Virus record (IMG/VR): IMGVR_UViG_3300027851_000016
Span: 27,153-91,152 of that record
DNA: 64,000 bases
Direction: 5' to 3' (one strand)
Source: a virus
A program made the translations under genes and the position numbers. The notes beneath the pieces are model-generated. The model searched no databases. It was not told where the DNA came from and worked only from the letters and a program-made list of their open reading frames with translations. Below, piece after piece: positions 37,160 to 45,887 of the stretch. Each line of letters opens with the position of its first letter. Within the stretch, counting starts at the first letter, position 1.

Positions 37160-37543
37160 ATGAGTCTTGGTGACTGGGCAGAGAATGCACTGCTCGACTG
37201 GTTGCTCGGTGGTTCGTCACCGTCACGGCCCTCTGCAAGGTACGTGTCTCTGCACACGGCTGACCCTGGGGATAACGGGGCGAACGAACTGACTGGAACT
37301 GGGTACGCGCGGCCTGCTGTCACGTTCGGCGCAGCATCAAGTGGTGTTGCCTCGAACTCTGCTACTGCGACGTTCTCGAACTCGGGCGGAACAGCATGGG
37401 CCGAGGCCACGCACTTCGGTATATGGACCTTGGCGAGTGGTGGGAGCTTCCTTGGCAGTGGTTCGCTGTCGGTGGCACGTGCGATTGCCGCTGGGACGAG
37501 CGCGACATTCGCTGCGGGAGACCTGGACGCTACACTGAGCTGA
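37160..37543 (+). CDS. Tail-associated structural protein
   Basis: ENALLDW, YVSLHTADPG, GYARPAV, THFGIW. Confidence 0.75.
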   Translation: MSLGDWAENALLDWLLGGSSPSRPSARYVSLHTADPGDNGANELTGTGYARPAVTFGAASSGVASNSATATFSNSGGTAWAEATHFGIWTLASGGSFLGSGSLSVARAIAAGTSATFAAGDLDATLS

Positions 37544-37554
37544 TGAGGTGAACG

Positions 37555-37959
37555 ATGGCCGTTGCATGGTATGGCGTGAAGGTATGGCTGCTCACGTCTC
37601 CTGACGGGACGGAGCGGGTCATAGCCACTCGTCCTACGCACTCGTGGGTATGGGAGATGTGGACACTGGATAAACGCGATGGGACCACTGCGCAGGTCCC
37701 ACAGCGCCTCCGTCCTAAGTACGGTGCGCACCAGATAACGGCTGCGTACGACAAGGAGTACATTGAGGGTGACGATAGCAGCATACCGACCGTTGCGTTG
37801 CTGCGGGTCGTGCATCCTGACGGTACAGAACCACCGCTTGAGTCGGAGGACTACACCGTATTGCTGAACACGCAAGCGAAGTGGAACACTGCGATGACGC
37901 AGTACCCGACCCTGAAGTACCGTTTCGCTGACCAGCCGTACTACCCAGCAGGAGGGTAG
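37555..37959 (+). CDS. Hypothetical protein
   Basis: GAGGTG SD; ORF in the tail module. Confidence 0.65.
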   Translation: MAVAWYGVKVWLLTSPDGTERVIATRPTHSWVWEMWTLDKRDGTTAQVPQRLRPKYGAHQITAAYDKEYIEGDDSSIPTVALLRVVHPDGTEPPLESEDYTVLLNTQAKWNTAMTQYPTLKYRFADQPYYPAGG

Positions 37960-37965
37960 CCAACG

Positions 37966-39684
37966 ATGGCAACGACCTCGGTAGTCGTAGCATGTTCTGG
38001 TGCATCCATCTGGATTGAGCAGATGGATGGCGAGGACGTATTCGATGTTTACAAGGGGTCTGGCTCAACGTGGACGCTGGTAGGCAGTAACGTAGCTGGT
38101 TTGACCGTTACCTTCGATACTGCAGGTACGAAAACGACGTACTGGACGTGCCCACCGACCTCGCTTGTCAGCACCGACGCGGTCAAAGTCACGATGAAAA
38201 CCATCCAAGAGAGTGTAGTGAAAGGGACGTACTCGCAGCAGACGGCAGCACTGAACGGAACGTCGCTTAGTAATGCGCAGTGGTCGTTCGTACGCACGCT
38301 GAGCAATGATGGTAGTCAGGCTGACTACACGTCGAATGCTACGGTGTCGAACATCACGTACGCTACGTCCACATCGGTGTCGCTGGCTGGTTCGATGGAC
38401 GGGGTTGGAAGTTTCAGTGGGTCCCTGGTTCCGAACGTAGCACTTGCTGGAGCCGTGGCTGGGTCTGGTAGCTTCGCAGGCTCATTGCTCCCGAACTCGG
38501 TGCTCGTTGGGTCGATGGATGGGAGCGGAGAGTTCAGCGGGTCACTGACACCATTGGTGTTCCTGAGCGGAACGCTTGCTGGCTACTTCGGCATGCGCGC
38601 AATCTTCGAAGAGGACAAGGTAGTCGAGGTAACGGCGATAGACTGGACGATTCCACGCCAGGGTGTGTACCGCTACTACCGTGTGGACTACACGACCCGT
38701 CTGGAGATTGAGGAACTGACGACGATTCTGGCGGGTGGCAGCATCACACGGAACATGTACACGGACCTGAAGGAGGCGGGGAAACTGCCTGCAATCGGGC
38801 CGTTGTCGCTTGGTGACGACCTGGTGCGCATCTACTACGTGGTTGAGGATGACAACGGCAACACCGAGGCCGTTGCATTGGCTACGATGCACGCGGTGGC
38901 TGAGAGCGTGGCATTGAATGCCGCCACGGAATCGTGCGAACTGACCTTGTATTCGGCACTACTGACCCTACAGCAGGACACGATTGAGACCTCGTTGACG
39001 ATTCCAGCTGGCACGGTCGCGGTGTCGGAAGCGGCTTCGCTATGCGCTGCTCTTGGACTGCCTGTCGTTGCAAGTCCGTCAGTGAAGACTCTTGGCTCTG
39101 ATGTGTCGTTCGACGCGGGCACCACGTATCTGAAGATAGTGAACCACTTGCTCGGGTACGCAGGCTTTTGGTCGGTCCTTGTCGATGGATGGGGCCGTGT
39201 GGTCATGTCTCCGTACCAGTCACCAGATGAGCGTGCGGTGTCCTGGGAGTTTGTAGCTGGGGAGAACTGCATCTTCCTGCCGTCTGTTGAGCTTGCATCG
39301 GACTCGTTCAAGGTGCCGAACAAGTGCGTGTTGGTATGCTCCAACGCCGATACGACCTTGGCTGGGTCCTACACGAACGATGACCCTGCGTCCCCGTTCT
39401 CGACGGTGTCACGGGGACGTACGATAACGATGACAGAGACCGTCAACGATGCCGAGGATGTGGATGACCTGAATGGGCGTGCGCGTGCACGGTTGCAGAG
39501 TGCTACAGCTGCGACGGAGACTGTGAAGGTCCAGCACGCCTACGCACCAGTGACGACGAGCGATGTGGTGCGGCTGCGTTGGGACGGTCGGAATGTTGAC
39601 CTTGAAGGTGCGATTCAAGCACAGGAGATTGCGCTGGTGCCATCTGCATTGGTGACCACCGAGGCGAAACGCATCTGGAGGTAG
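37966..39684 (+). CDS. Minor tail/hub protein
   Basis: Four LxGxxxGxGxFxGSL repeats; C-terminal hub-like domain (NDDPASPFSTVSRGR). Confidence 0.7.
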   Translation: MATTSVVVACSGASIWIEQMDGEDVFDVYKGSGSTWTLVGSNVAGLTVTFDTAGTKTTYWTCPPTSLVSTDAVKVTMKTIQESVVKGTYSQQTAALNGTSLSNAQWSFVRTLSNDGSQADYTSNATVSNITYATSTSVSLAGSMDGVGSFSGSLVPNVALAGAVAGSGSFAGSLLPNSVLVGSMDGSGEFSGSLTPLVFLSGTLAGYFGMRAIFEEDKVVEVTAIDWTIPRQGVYRYYRVDYTTRLEIEELTTILAGGSITRNMYTDLKEAGKLPAIGPLSLGDDLVRIYYVVEDDNGNTEAVALATMHAVAESVALNAATESCELTLYSALLTLQQDTIETSLTIPAGTVAVSEAASLCAALGLPVVASPSVKTLGSDVSFDAGTTYLKIVNHLLGYAGFWSVLVDGWGRVVMSPYQSPDERAVSWEFVAGENCIFLPSVELASDSFKVPNKCVLVCSNADTTLAGSYTNDDPASPFSTVSRGRTITMTETVNDAEDVDDLNGRARARLQSATAATETVKVQHAYAPVTTSDVVRLRWDGRNVDLEGAIQAQEIALVPSALVTTEAKRIWR

Positions 39685-40343
39685 TGGTGAACGTCAACGA
39701 CATCCTCAAGAGCGCAATCATGAAGAGTGAGGCACCACCTCGTGACTCGTGGAGTTTCGGCACTGTTGAAGTGCCCAGTCCAGCACGTACTGACGGGCTT
39801 GTAGAGGTCGTACTTGATGGGGACACGGACCCGACAGCGATGGCTTCAACAGTGCCGTGTTCTGATGGTGACAGGGTGCTGGTGCTGCTTCTCGGAGGGA
39901 CGCGTGTGGTCACGGGGGTAATAGGTGCCACGTGCCCTTACGCTGTCGGTGACTACTTCATGACTGAGGGTACGACCCCACCTGGCACACGCTGGCCAGG
40001 GACGACGTGGGTTGAACTCGCTGGTCGTGTCCTGGTAGGTCGTGACACCACGCAGACTGAGTTCGACACTGTGGGCGAGCAGGGTGGCTCGAAGGATGCT
40101 GTACTTCTGGCACACACGCACGTGCAGCAACTGAATAGTGGAGACAATGGTACGGGCAGTCACGTGCAGATGCTCAGTGAACCGAATGATGGTACCAGTA
40201 GGACAGGCTCAGCCGTAGTAGATGTGAACTATGCCACAAGTACGCGTACCCCCGTGAACACGCAGTCTGCAGGCGTTGCAGACACGAACAACCAGAACCT
40301 GCCGCCGTACCGCGTATGCTACGTTTGGAGAAGGACAGCGTAA
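39684..40343 (+). CDS. Tail tip/baseplate protein
   Basis: YAVGDYF...PGTTW...GRVLVG...NLPPYRVCYVWRRTA. Confidence 0.75.
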   Translation: MVNVNDILKSAIMKSEAPPRDSWSFGTVEVPSPARTDGLVEVVLDGDTDPTAMASTVPCSDGDRVLVLLLGGTRVVTGVIGATCPYAVGDYFMTEGTTPPGTRWPGTTWVELAGRVLVGRDTTQTEFDTVGEQGGSKDAVLLAHTHVQQLNSGDNGTGSHVQMLSEPNDGTSRTGSAVVDVNYATSTRTPVNTQSAGVADTNNQNLPPYRVCYVWRRTA

Positions 40344-40597
40344 TGGACCCAGCGAAGACAGCACAGGCATTGGCGAGTGGCGGCGCATACACTGCATGGT
40401 TCGTCGTTGTAGTGCTCGCTGGGGTTGTTGCCTACCTGTTCAAGGAAGTGAAAGCCTTGAACAAGGAGTTGGTTCAGGCGTACAAAGAAGAGGACGATGA
40501 GATACTGAAGGGCTTGGCAAGTGTCAGTGCGACTCTGATGGAGCACACGAACGTGCTTGCCAAGATAGTCGGGGTACTTGAGGGGTGGAGACGATGA
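40343..40597 (+). CDS. Membrane protein (holin-like)
   Basis: One TM helix plus coiled coil. Confidence 0.6.
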   Translation: MDPAKTAQALASGGAYTAWFVVVVLAGVVAYLFKEVKALNKELVQAYKEEDDEILKGLASVSATLMEHTNVLAKIVGVLEGWRR

Positions 40598-40848
40598 GTG
40601 TTGTCGAGTCTGCTAACTGGAGTGCCATTGTGTTGGTGCTCGTCCAGTATGCGCTCGTCACAGCAGTTGGGCTAACGGTAGCAAGGGTACTTGTGCACTT
40701 CGTTCTAGGTGCCATCAAAAGACCAGACAAGCCAGTGAAGAAGGACTATGCCGCGTGCGCTGCTGAGTCGTTGCGTATGGCGACGGAGTTGCGCATGGAT
40801 GCAACCGCTGTGTTCGACCAGCTGGCGGGGAAGGGACGAAGGGTATGA
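40594..40848 (+). CDS. Membrane protein
   Basis: Long hydrophobic N-terminus. Confidence 0.55.
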   Translation: MSVVESANWSAIVLVLVQYALVTAVGLTVARVLVHFVLGAIKRPDKPVKKDYAACAAESLRMATELRMDATAVFDQLAGKGRRV

Positions 40849-41225
40849 GTATCGAGTTGATTACTCGAATGTACACGGTAGGGCTGGTGATAAAGGCGTT
40901 GCTCTTGTCTGGTCTGGCGCTCCGCTGTGTGTGGGCCGTGTACAAGAACCATCTGGAGCGCAAGGTACGTATTGTTGTATGGGGGACGCTGGCTATCGCT
41001 GCAACGTCCTCGCTTGAGAGTTGGGTGCGTGCGCTTGGCCGTGTCGAGCAGTGGATGTGTGGCATCGAGCCGACGCAGATGAACCCAGAGTTGGCGCTTG
41101 CCGCACTCATGCTGACGAATGCCGGATTGCTTGCCTGGATTGTGACCATGGAGGTGACGACCCACCTGGGTATAGTGAACCCGAAGTTCCACAGACGCGA
41201 GGATGACCCGAAGAGAGGAGTGTAG
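40845..41225 (+). CDS. Multi-TM membrane protein
   Basis: Three hydrophobic segments. Confidence 0.6.
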   Translation: MSIELITRMYTVGLVIKALLLSGLALRCVWAVYKNHLERKVRIVVWGTLAIAATSSLESWVRALGRVEQWMCGIEPTQMNPELALAALMLTNAGLLAWIVTMEVTTHLGIVNPKFHRREDDPKRGV

Positions 41226-41227
41226 AC

Positions 41228-41359
41228 ATGCCTGGTAGGAAGAAGGATGTGCCTGAGCAGACTGACAACACGCCACGGCCAGAAGATGGGCCGCAGGATG
41301 ATGTCTCTCAGGACCCGAACTGGGTGAATCCTGATGCTGTGAAGGAGGATGATGCGTGA
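41228..41359 (+). CDS. Small acidic protein
   Basis: GAGGAG SD; 43 aa; coupled to the endolysin. Confidence 0.45.
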   Translation: MPGRKKDVPEQTDNTPRPEDGPQDDVSQDPNWVNPDAVKEDDA

Positions 41360-42417
41360 TGGGTGCTCCTACGAAGGCCCAGTTGCTCGCGCACACCGCC
41401 AAGCACATCGGAATCGCTGAGAACCCGCTCGGCAGCAACAAGACCGAGTTCGGGGTGCAGTGCGGCATGAACGGGGTGGCCTGGTGTGCCATCTTCCAGT
41501 CCTGTATGGCACTCGACCTTGGTGCTGTCACGGCACTGATGGGTGCGAAGCGGGCGTACACGCCGACCATGGGCAAGTGGTTCTACGACCGTGGTCAGTG
41601 GTTTGAGACCCCACGGGCTGGGGACTACGTGTTCTTCGCCTGGGGAACTGGCACAGGCCGCTGGAAGGGCATCCAGCACGTTGGCATCGTGGAGTCGGTC
41701 AACGCTGATGGCACGTTCTACACGATTGAGGGCAACGTGGACAGCAGGGTCAAGCGTATCAAGCGCTCGATGACCTACGTCGCTGGCTTCGGTCGCCCTG
41801 CGTACGCAGATGTGCCTGCACCGCTTCCGACCCCCGATACGACCCCGCTGCTCAAGAATGGCGATTCTGGACCTGCTGTGAAGCGGATGCAGGAGAGGCT
41901 CCTCGTGCACGGGTTCAAGCTCCCGCAGTTCGGTGCGGATGGCGACTTCGGTGACGAGACTGAGAAGGCTGTCATCGCCTTCCAGACGGCGCGCAAGCTC
42001 GAAGTCGATGGCATCTGTGGTGACCAGACCTGGGGCGCGCTGAACGCGGCTCCGCCCGTGGTTGCACCGCCTGCTCCTGCTCCTGCTCCCGTGGCCAATG
42101 CACGGGTCAGGGAGTTCCAGTACTGGTCTCGCAAGGCGGGTATGCGGGACTACACAGGGGCGCTGCTTGAGGTGGACGGTGTCTACGGTGAGCGTACCGC
42201 CTCTGTCACCAGGAAGCCTGCGGTGCTGGTTCGTGGCGCACGTGGGAACATGGTCGCGTTCATGCAGCGTTGCGTCGGTGCCAAGGACGACGGGTACTAT
42301 GGCCTGAAGCCGTACCGCGAGACGTACGACAAGGTCATTGCGTTCCAGAAGGCCCACAAGCTGGCGGCAGATGGTGTCGTTGGCGAGAACACCTGGAAGC
42401 GCCTGCTTCTCGGGTAG
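41356..42417 (+). CDS. Endolysin: CHAP domain plus peptidoglycan-binding domains
   Basis: WCAIF, HVGIV, TIEGN; repeated DG..G..T....FQ....L..DG..G..TW. Confidence 0.92.
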   Translation: MMGAPTKAQLLAHTAKHIGIAENPLGSNKTEFGVQCGMNGVAWCAIFQSCMALDLGAVTALMGAKRAYTPTMGKWFYDRGQWFETPRAGDYVFFAWGTGTGRWKGIQHVGIVESVNADGTFYTIEGNVDSRVKRIKRSMTYVAGFGRPAYADVPAPLPTPDTTPLLKNGDSGPAVKRMQERLLVHGFKLPQFGADGDFGDETEKAVIAFQTARKLEVDGICGDQTWGALNAAPPVVAPPAPAPAPVANARVREFQYWSRKAGMRDYTGALLEVDGVYGERTASVTRKPAVLVRGARGNMVAFMQRCVGAKDDGYYGLKPYRETYDKVIAFQKAHKLAADGVVGENTWKRLLLG

Positions 42418-42429
42418 GAAGGGGAGGTC

Positions 42430-42771
42430 ATGGACTGGTTGAAGGCGCTATGGGATATGGTGGTCCAGAACTGGGAGTGGATTCTGGCTGTTGCCGTCCC
42501 GTTCGTGGTTGCCACTATCTCGAAGTCGAACTGGTCTTCGACAGCGAAGGGATGGTCAGCCATCGTCGGCTCACTTGCCATTGGTGTCGTAGCAGCATTC
42601 GTCCAGGGGATTCCGCTGGAACCTGCATCCCTGACGATGTTCCTCGCCGCTGTCGTAGGCGTAACACAGGTTGCATACCGCATTTTCCGTTCGTTCGGAA
42701 TCACGAGCGCATGGTTGGACAAGCTACTCGGCTGGAGAGACGTGACTGCTCCGCAGATTCTGAATGAATAG
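42430..42771 (+). CDS. Holin
   Basis: Three TM helices directly after the endolysin. Confidence 0.7.
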   Translation: MDWLKALWDMVVQNWEWILAVAVPFVVATISKSNWSSTAKGWSAIVGSLAIGVVAAFVQGIPLEPASLTMFLAAVVGVTQVAYRIFRSFGITSAWLDKLLGWRDVTAPQILNE

Positions 42772-42800
42772 GTCGCCAAAGCCTGTGTCGGCTTGAGGAC

Positions 42801-42830
42801 GGAAAGCCCCTGCTTCGGTGGGGGCTTTCT
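42801..42830 (+). terminator. Intrinsic terminator of the late operon
   Basis: GAAAGCCCCTGC-TTCG-GTGGGGGCTTTCT. Confidence 0.85.
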
Positions 42831-42849
42831 GCTGTCCAGAAATATCTTG

Positions 42850-42926
42850 CTCATCAGTAAGATTTCTTTGCTACATTGCTTGACACAGAACTCGTTATAT
42901 GTCACGATGATAGTAGAGAACTACCC
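42850..42926 (+). repeat. 77-bp promoter cassette duplicated at 52910-52986
   Basis: Two mismatches between the copies. Confidence 0.9.
42880..42908 (+). promoter_or_regulatory. Conserved early promoter P1
   Basis: TTGACA-N17-CACGAT with TGn extension. Confidence 0.85.
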
Positions 42927-43108
42927 AGACGCGGATTTGAGATGGGAAAGGGTGGTAGAGATGGGGAACATGGAGCGGACACTGAAGGAGCTTCTCGCCT
43001 TCGGATTCTGGTTCGTGTATGACAAGCACGTACTGCACCGTCCCTACACGTACGCGCGGTTCTACCGCGAGGCCCTGCAGGGTTAGACGAGAAGGAGATG
43101 TGGATTCG

Positions 43109-43381
43109 ATGAGCATGTCAGCAGAGCAGGTCAAGAAGGCACAGCGGCTGGTTGCGGACGGCAAGGTGCACAAGCTAGGAGAGCTTGAGTACCAGGTAGA
43201 TGGTCGTGGCGACACGTACATCGTCAAGCTGCACGACCACGGTCGGGCGAAGTCCTGCACGTGCCCCGCAGGCAGCCACTGGCGCAAGTCCAGCCTGCAC
43301 CAGACGGGTAAGCACGTCTGCTACCACATCGGCGCGGTCATGATGGCACGGAAGTCAGAGATGGGGGTGTGTGCACGATGA
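43109..43381 (+). CDS. SWIM zinc-finger protein
   Basis: CTCP...CYHIGAV. Confidence 0.75.
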   Translation: MSMSAEQVKKAQRLVADGKVHKLGELEYQVDGRGDTYIVKLHDHGRAKSCTCPAGSHWRKSSLHQTGKHVCYHIGAVMMARKSEMGVCAR

Positions 43382-43635
43382 GCAACATGAGCTACTGCAG
43401 GTTCGAGAACACCCGAGGTGACATGAGCGACTGCATCGAAGCGCTGGCTACGCGGGAGGCGGACCTGTCGCTCGATGAGTACCGTGCAGCACGTGGGATG
43501 CTCTCAGAGGTTATCGACTTCTTCGTTGATGAAGGCATCGTGGACGAGGCGGACGTGAACTTGCTTCGCCTTGGCAACTTGCTTGATGAGTGCCGCGAGC
43601 AGGAGTTCGGGACAGACGACGAGATGGAGGACTGA
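43378..43635 (+). CDS. Hypothetical phage protein
   Basis: Coupled ORF starting MSNMSYCRFENT. Confidence 0.7.
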   Translation: MSNMSYCRFENTRGDMSDCIEALATREADLSLDEYRAARGMLSEVIDFFVDEGIVDEADVNLLRLGNLLDECREQEFGTDDEMED

Positions 43636-43636
43636 G

Positions 43637-44074
43637 ATGGGCAAGAGAGTGTGCGTAGGGCGCGTGGCTGTGGACGCGGGGCTTATGTGGGTAGGGGACC
43701 CGTGCTACGTGATTGGCAAGGTCGGTGACTCTGACGAAGAGCGGTCGAAGGTCGAGTCATGGAATCAGGCGTGGTACGGCAAGGATGGTTCGTTCTGCGA
43801 CACGCTGGAGAGGATGGATGCAGAGCGGGCTGAGGATGACCCCGCCAGGAACACCGTGTACCCGTTCGAACCAGGCCAGAAGGTTGCCACTGGCATCGCA
43901 GTGAGCAGTGGTTGGGGTGACGGCGTGTACCCCGTCTATGTCGAGTACGAAGGTAGGCGGGTCAAGTCGGTCACCGTCGAGTTCATGGAAGACGACGAGG
44001 ACGAGGACTGTGATTGGCAAGAGGACGACGAAGAGTACGATGAGTCTGCCGAGTATGAGACTGGGGCGGAATAG
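43637..44074 (+). CDS. DUF4241-like protein
   Basis: VDAGLMWVGDPCY and SGWGDGVYPV. Confidence 0.6.
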   Translation: MGKRVCVGRVAVDAGLMWVGDPCYVIGKVGDSDEERSKVESWNQAWYGKDGSFCDTLERMDAERAEDDPARNTVYPFEPGQKVATGIAVSSGWGDGVYPVYVEYEGRRVKSVTVEFMEDDEDEDCDWQEDDEEYDESAEYETGAE

Positions 44075-44076
44075 TC

Positions 44077-44385
44077 ATGGATGGCTTCGAGTTCATGTAC
44101 GACGAAGAGGGAATCGGTCGCCTGGAGCACGGCAAGGAGACACTGCTCCAGGAGTTCAAGGCCGAAGGTGATGGAGCAGCCTGTGTGGTCTACGTTGTAG
44201 CAACACCCGCTCGGTTCTACACGGTGGTCGTGCCCGCGCACACCGACTGCTTCGGGGTGCAGCATCCGACCTATGAGTTGGGGACTGGGTCAGGTGACGA
44301 GATGCGTGAACTGGCGCTCTCGATTGCCAAGAGCGTTGCAGAGGGCATGCTGGTCGTGCGCGTGCGGAACGAGGAGGTGTACTGA
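44077..44385 (+). CDS. Hypothetical protein
   Basis: Tightly packed ORF. Confidence 0.6.
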   Translation: MDGFEFMYDEEGIGRLEHGKETLLQEFKAEGDGAACVVYVVATPARFYTVVVPAHTDCFGVQHPTYELGTGSGDEMRELALSIAKSVAEGMLVVRVRNEEVY

Positions 44386-44386
44386 G

Positions 44387-44671
44387 ATGGCGGAGATGGC
44401 CGATACGAAGCGCTGGGCGAAGTGTGAGTGTGGTCTGCACATGGAGCCGTTCAGTGCCTGCCGTGCACTGGAGATAGGCAACGACAAGGAGATGCGCGAC
44501 CGCATCCCGTACGACGGGTCCATCGGAGAGAAGTGTCCCGACTGCAATGCTCGTGCGGGTAAGATGCACCACCTCGGCTGTGACCAGTCTCGGTGTCCGT
44601 TCTGTGGTGGGCAGGAGTCGTTCTGTGACTGTGACCTTGACCAGATTGCTGTGCTGGAGAGGGTGGAGTAA
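44387..44671 (+). CDS. Cys-rich Zn-binding protein
   Basis: CPDC..HHLGCD..CPFCGGQ..CDC. Confidence 0.7.
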   Translation: MAEMADTKRWAKCECGLHMEPFSACRALEIGNDKEMRDRIPYDGSIGEKCPDCNARAGKMHHLGCDQSRCPFCGGQESFCDCDLDQIAVLERVE

Positions 44672-44947
44672 GTGGCTACGACGAAGACTATCGTCACAGA
44701 CGACGGGCAGGTCCTCACCGAGGCGACTAGGTTGCCGAATGGGGACTGGCAGGTCGTGGATGCTGACAGTGTCTACGACGCCGAGTACATCGTTGTCGTG
44801 ATTCTCGATGGTGACCCGCTCTGGGAGCGGGCTAACCGTATCGTCGCTCGCATGGTCGAGTCGGGCGGTATGTGGGTCGAGAAGCCGTTCACAGAGTTGG
44901 AGTTGGCGTACATGGTCTACGAGGAACTCGGAGGTTGTGAGCGATGA
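44672..44947 (+). CDS. Hypothetical protein
   Basis: Tightly packed ORF. Confidence 0.55.
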   Translation: MATTKTIVTDDGQVLTEATRLPNGDWQVVDADSVYDAEYIVVVILDGDPLWERANRIVARMVESGGMWVEKPFTELELAYMVYEELGGCER

Positions 44948-45065
44948 GGGATAGAGCAGAGGTGGGTGTCACGATTGCTGGACTCGTAATAGCTGCTACG
45001 TTCCCGCTCTGGGTCCGCTGGTTCTGTCAGTTGACAGTAGTGCTCGCGGACTGGATAGGGGTCGT

Positions 45066-45341
45066 GTGATGGCTATTGACCTGAGTTCGAACAAGACGAT
45101 GTATGACGACATCCGTGGACACGTCGGGCACGCGTTGGAGTGTGTCGCGTATGGGCGACGGGATGACCCCGAGAACGTCGCAATCGAGTGCATGGACTGT
45201 GGGGTCGTCCTGGTGGATGCCGACAGGGGGGATAAGAGCACGAACTGCAACGAAGTTGGTTGTGTGTACAGCACAGGCAGCAAAGACGGGTGCACGCTTG
45301 GGAGTAAGACGTACCCGCATACGTGCAGTGAGTTGGACTGA
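45066..45341 (+). CDS. Zn-binding hypothetical protein
   Basis: HVGH..ECVAYG...NVAIECMDC. Confidence 0.65.
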   Translation: MMAIDLSSNKTMYDDIRGHVGHALECVAYGRRDDPENVAIECMDCGVVLVDADRGDKSTNCNEVGCVYSTGSKDGCTLGSKTYPHTCSELD

Positions 45342-45597
45342 GAGGTGGTTGGGGTGGCCGAAACGTATGTCGGCGTGGCAATCGAGGCCCGTGGTCGGAT
45401 TGTCGAGGTTGTCACCACGACCGAAGAGCACTTCAGCAAGACCGTATGGTTCATGTTGAGCCGCTGGGATGGCGCGGAGAACTTGAAAGCACGACGGTGT
45501 GTCGTGGTTGTCGAAGAGGAGGTCGGTTGTCCATGACCTGGTTCGAGCGGGTTCTGTGGGTCCTATTTGAGTCGATGATGAAGGGTGTGAGAAAGGT

Positions 45598-45792
45598 ATG
45601 AAGAAGCAGATGCGGGTGACGGTGAACGACACGAAGCACGATGGTCTGTACATCGTGTGCGTGGTGCTCGATGGTCACGAGTTCGGGAAGCGTACGACGA
45701 GCCTAGACCAGGCGATGTCCACCGCGAAGGACGCGGCCAGGATGCTCGGCCTGCATGAGTACGCGCTCATGGGCAAGAGTGTGACTGTATAG
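45598..45792 (+). CDS. Hypothetical protein
   Basis: ORF with SD. Confidence 0.55.
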   Translation: MKKQMRVTVNDTKHDGLYIVCVVLDGHEFGKRTTSLDQAMSTAKDAARMLGLHEYALMGKSVTV

Positions 45793-45805
45793 CACTGTGC
45801 CGTAC

Positions 45806-45834
45806 TTGACATAGACAACGTTATACGTCACGAT
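45806..45834 (+). promoter_or_regulatory. Conserved early promoter P2
   Basis: TTGACA-TAGACAACGTTATACGT-CACGAT. Confidence 0.8.
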
Positions 45835-45887
45835 GATAGTAAGGTACTTTCCAGACGCGAATGAGATGGGAAGAGGTGGGAACGTAG

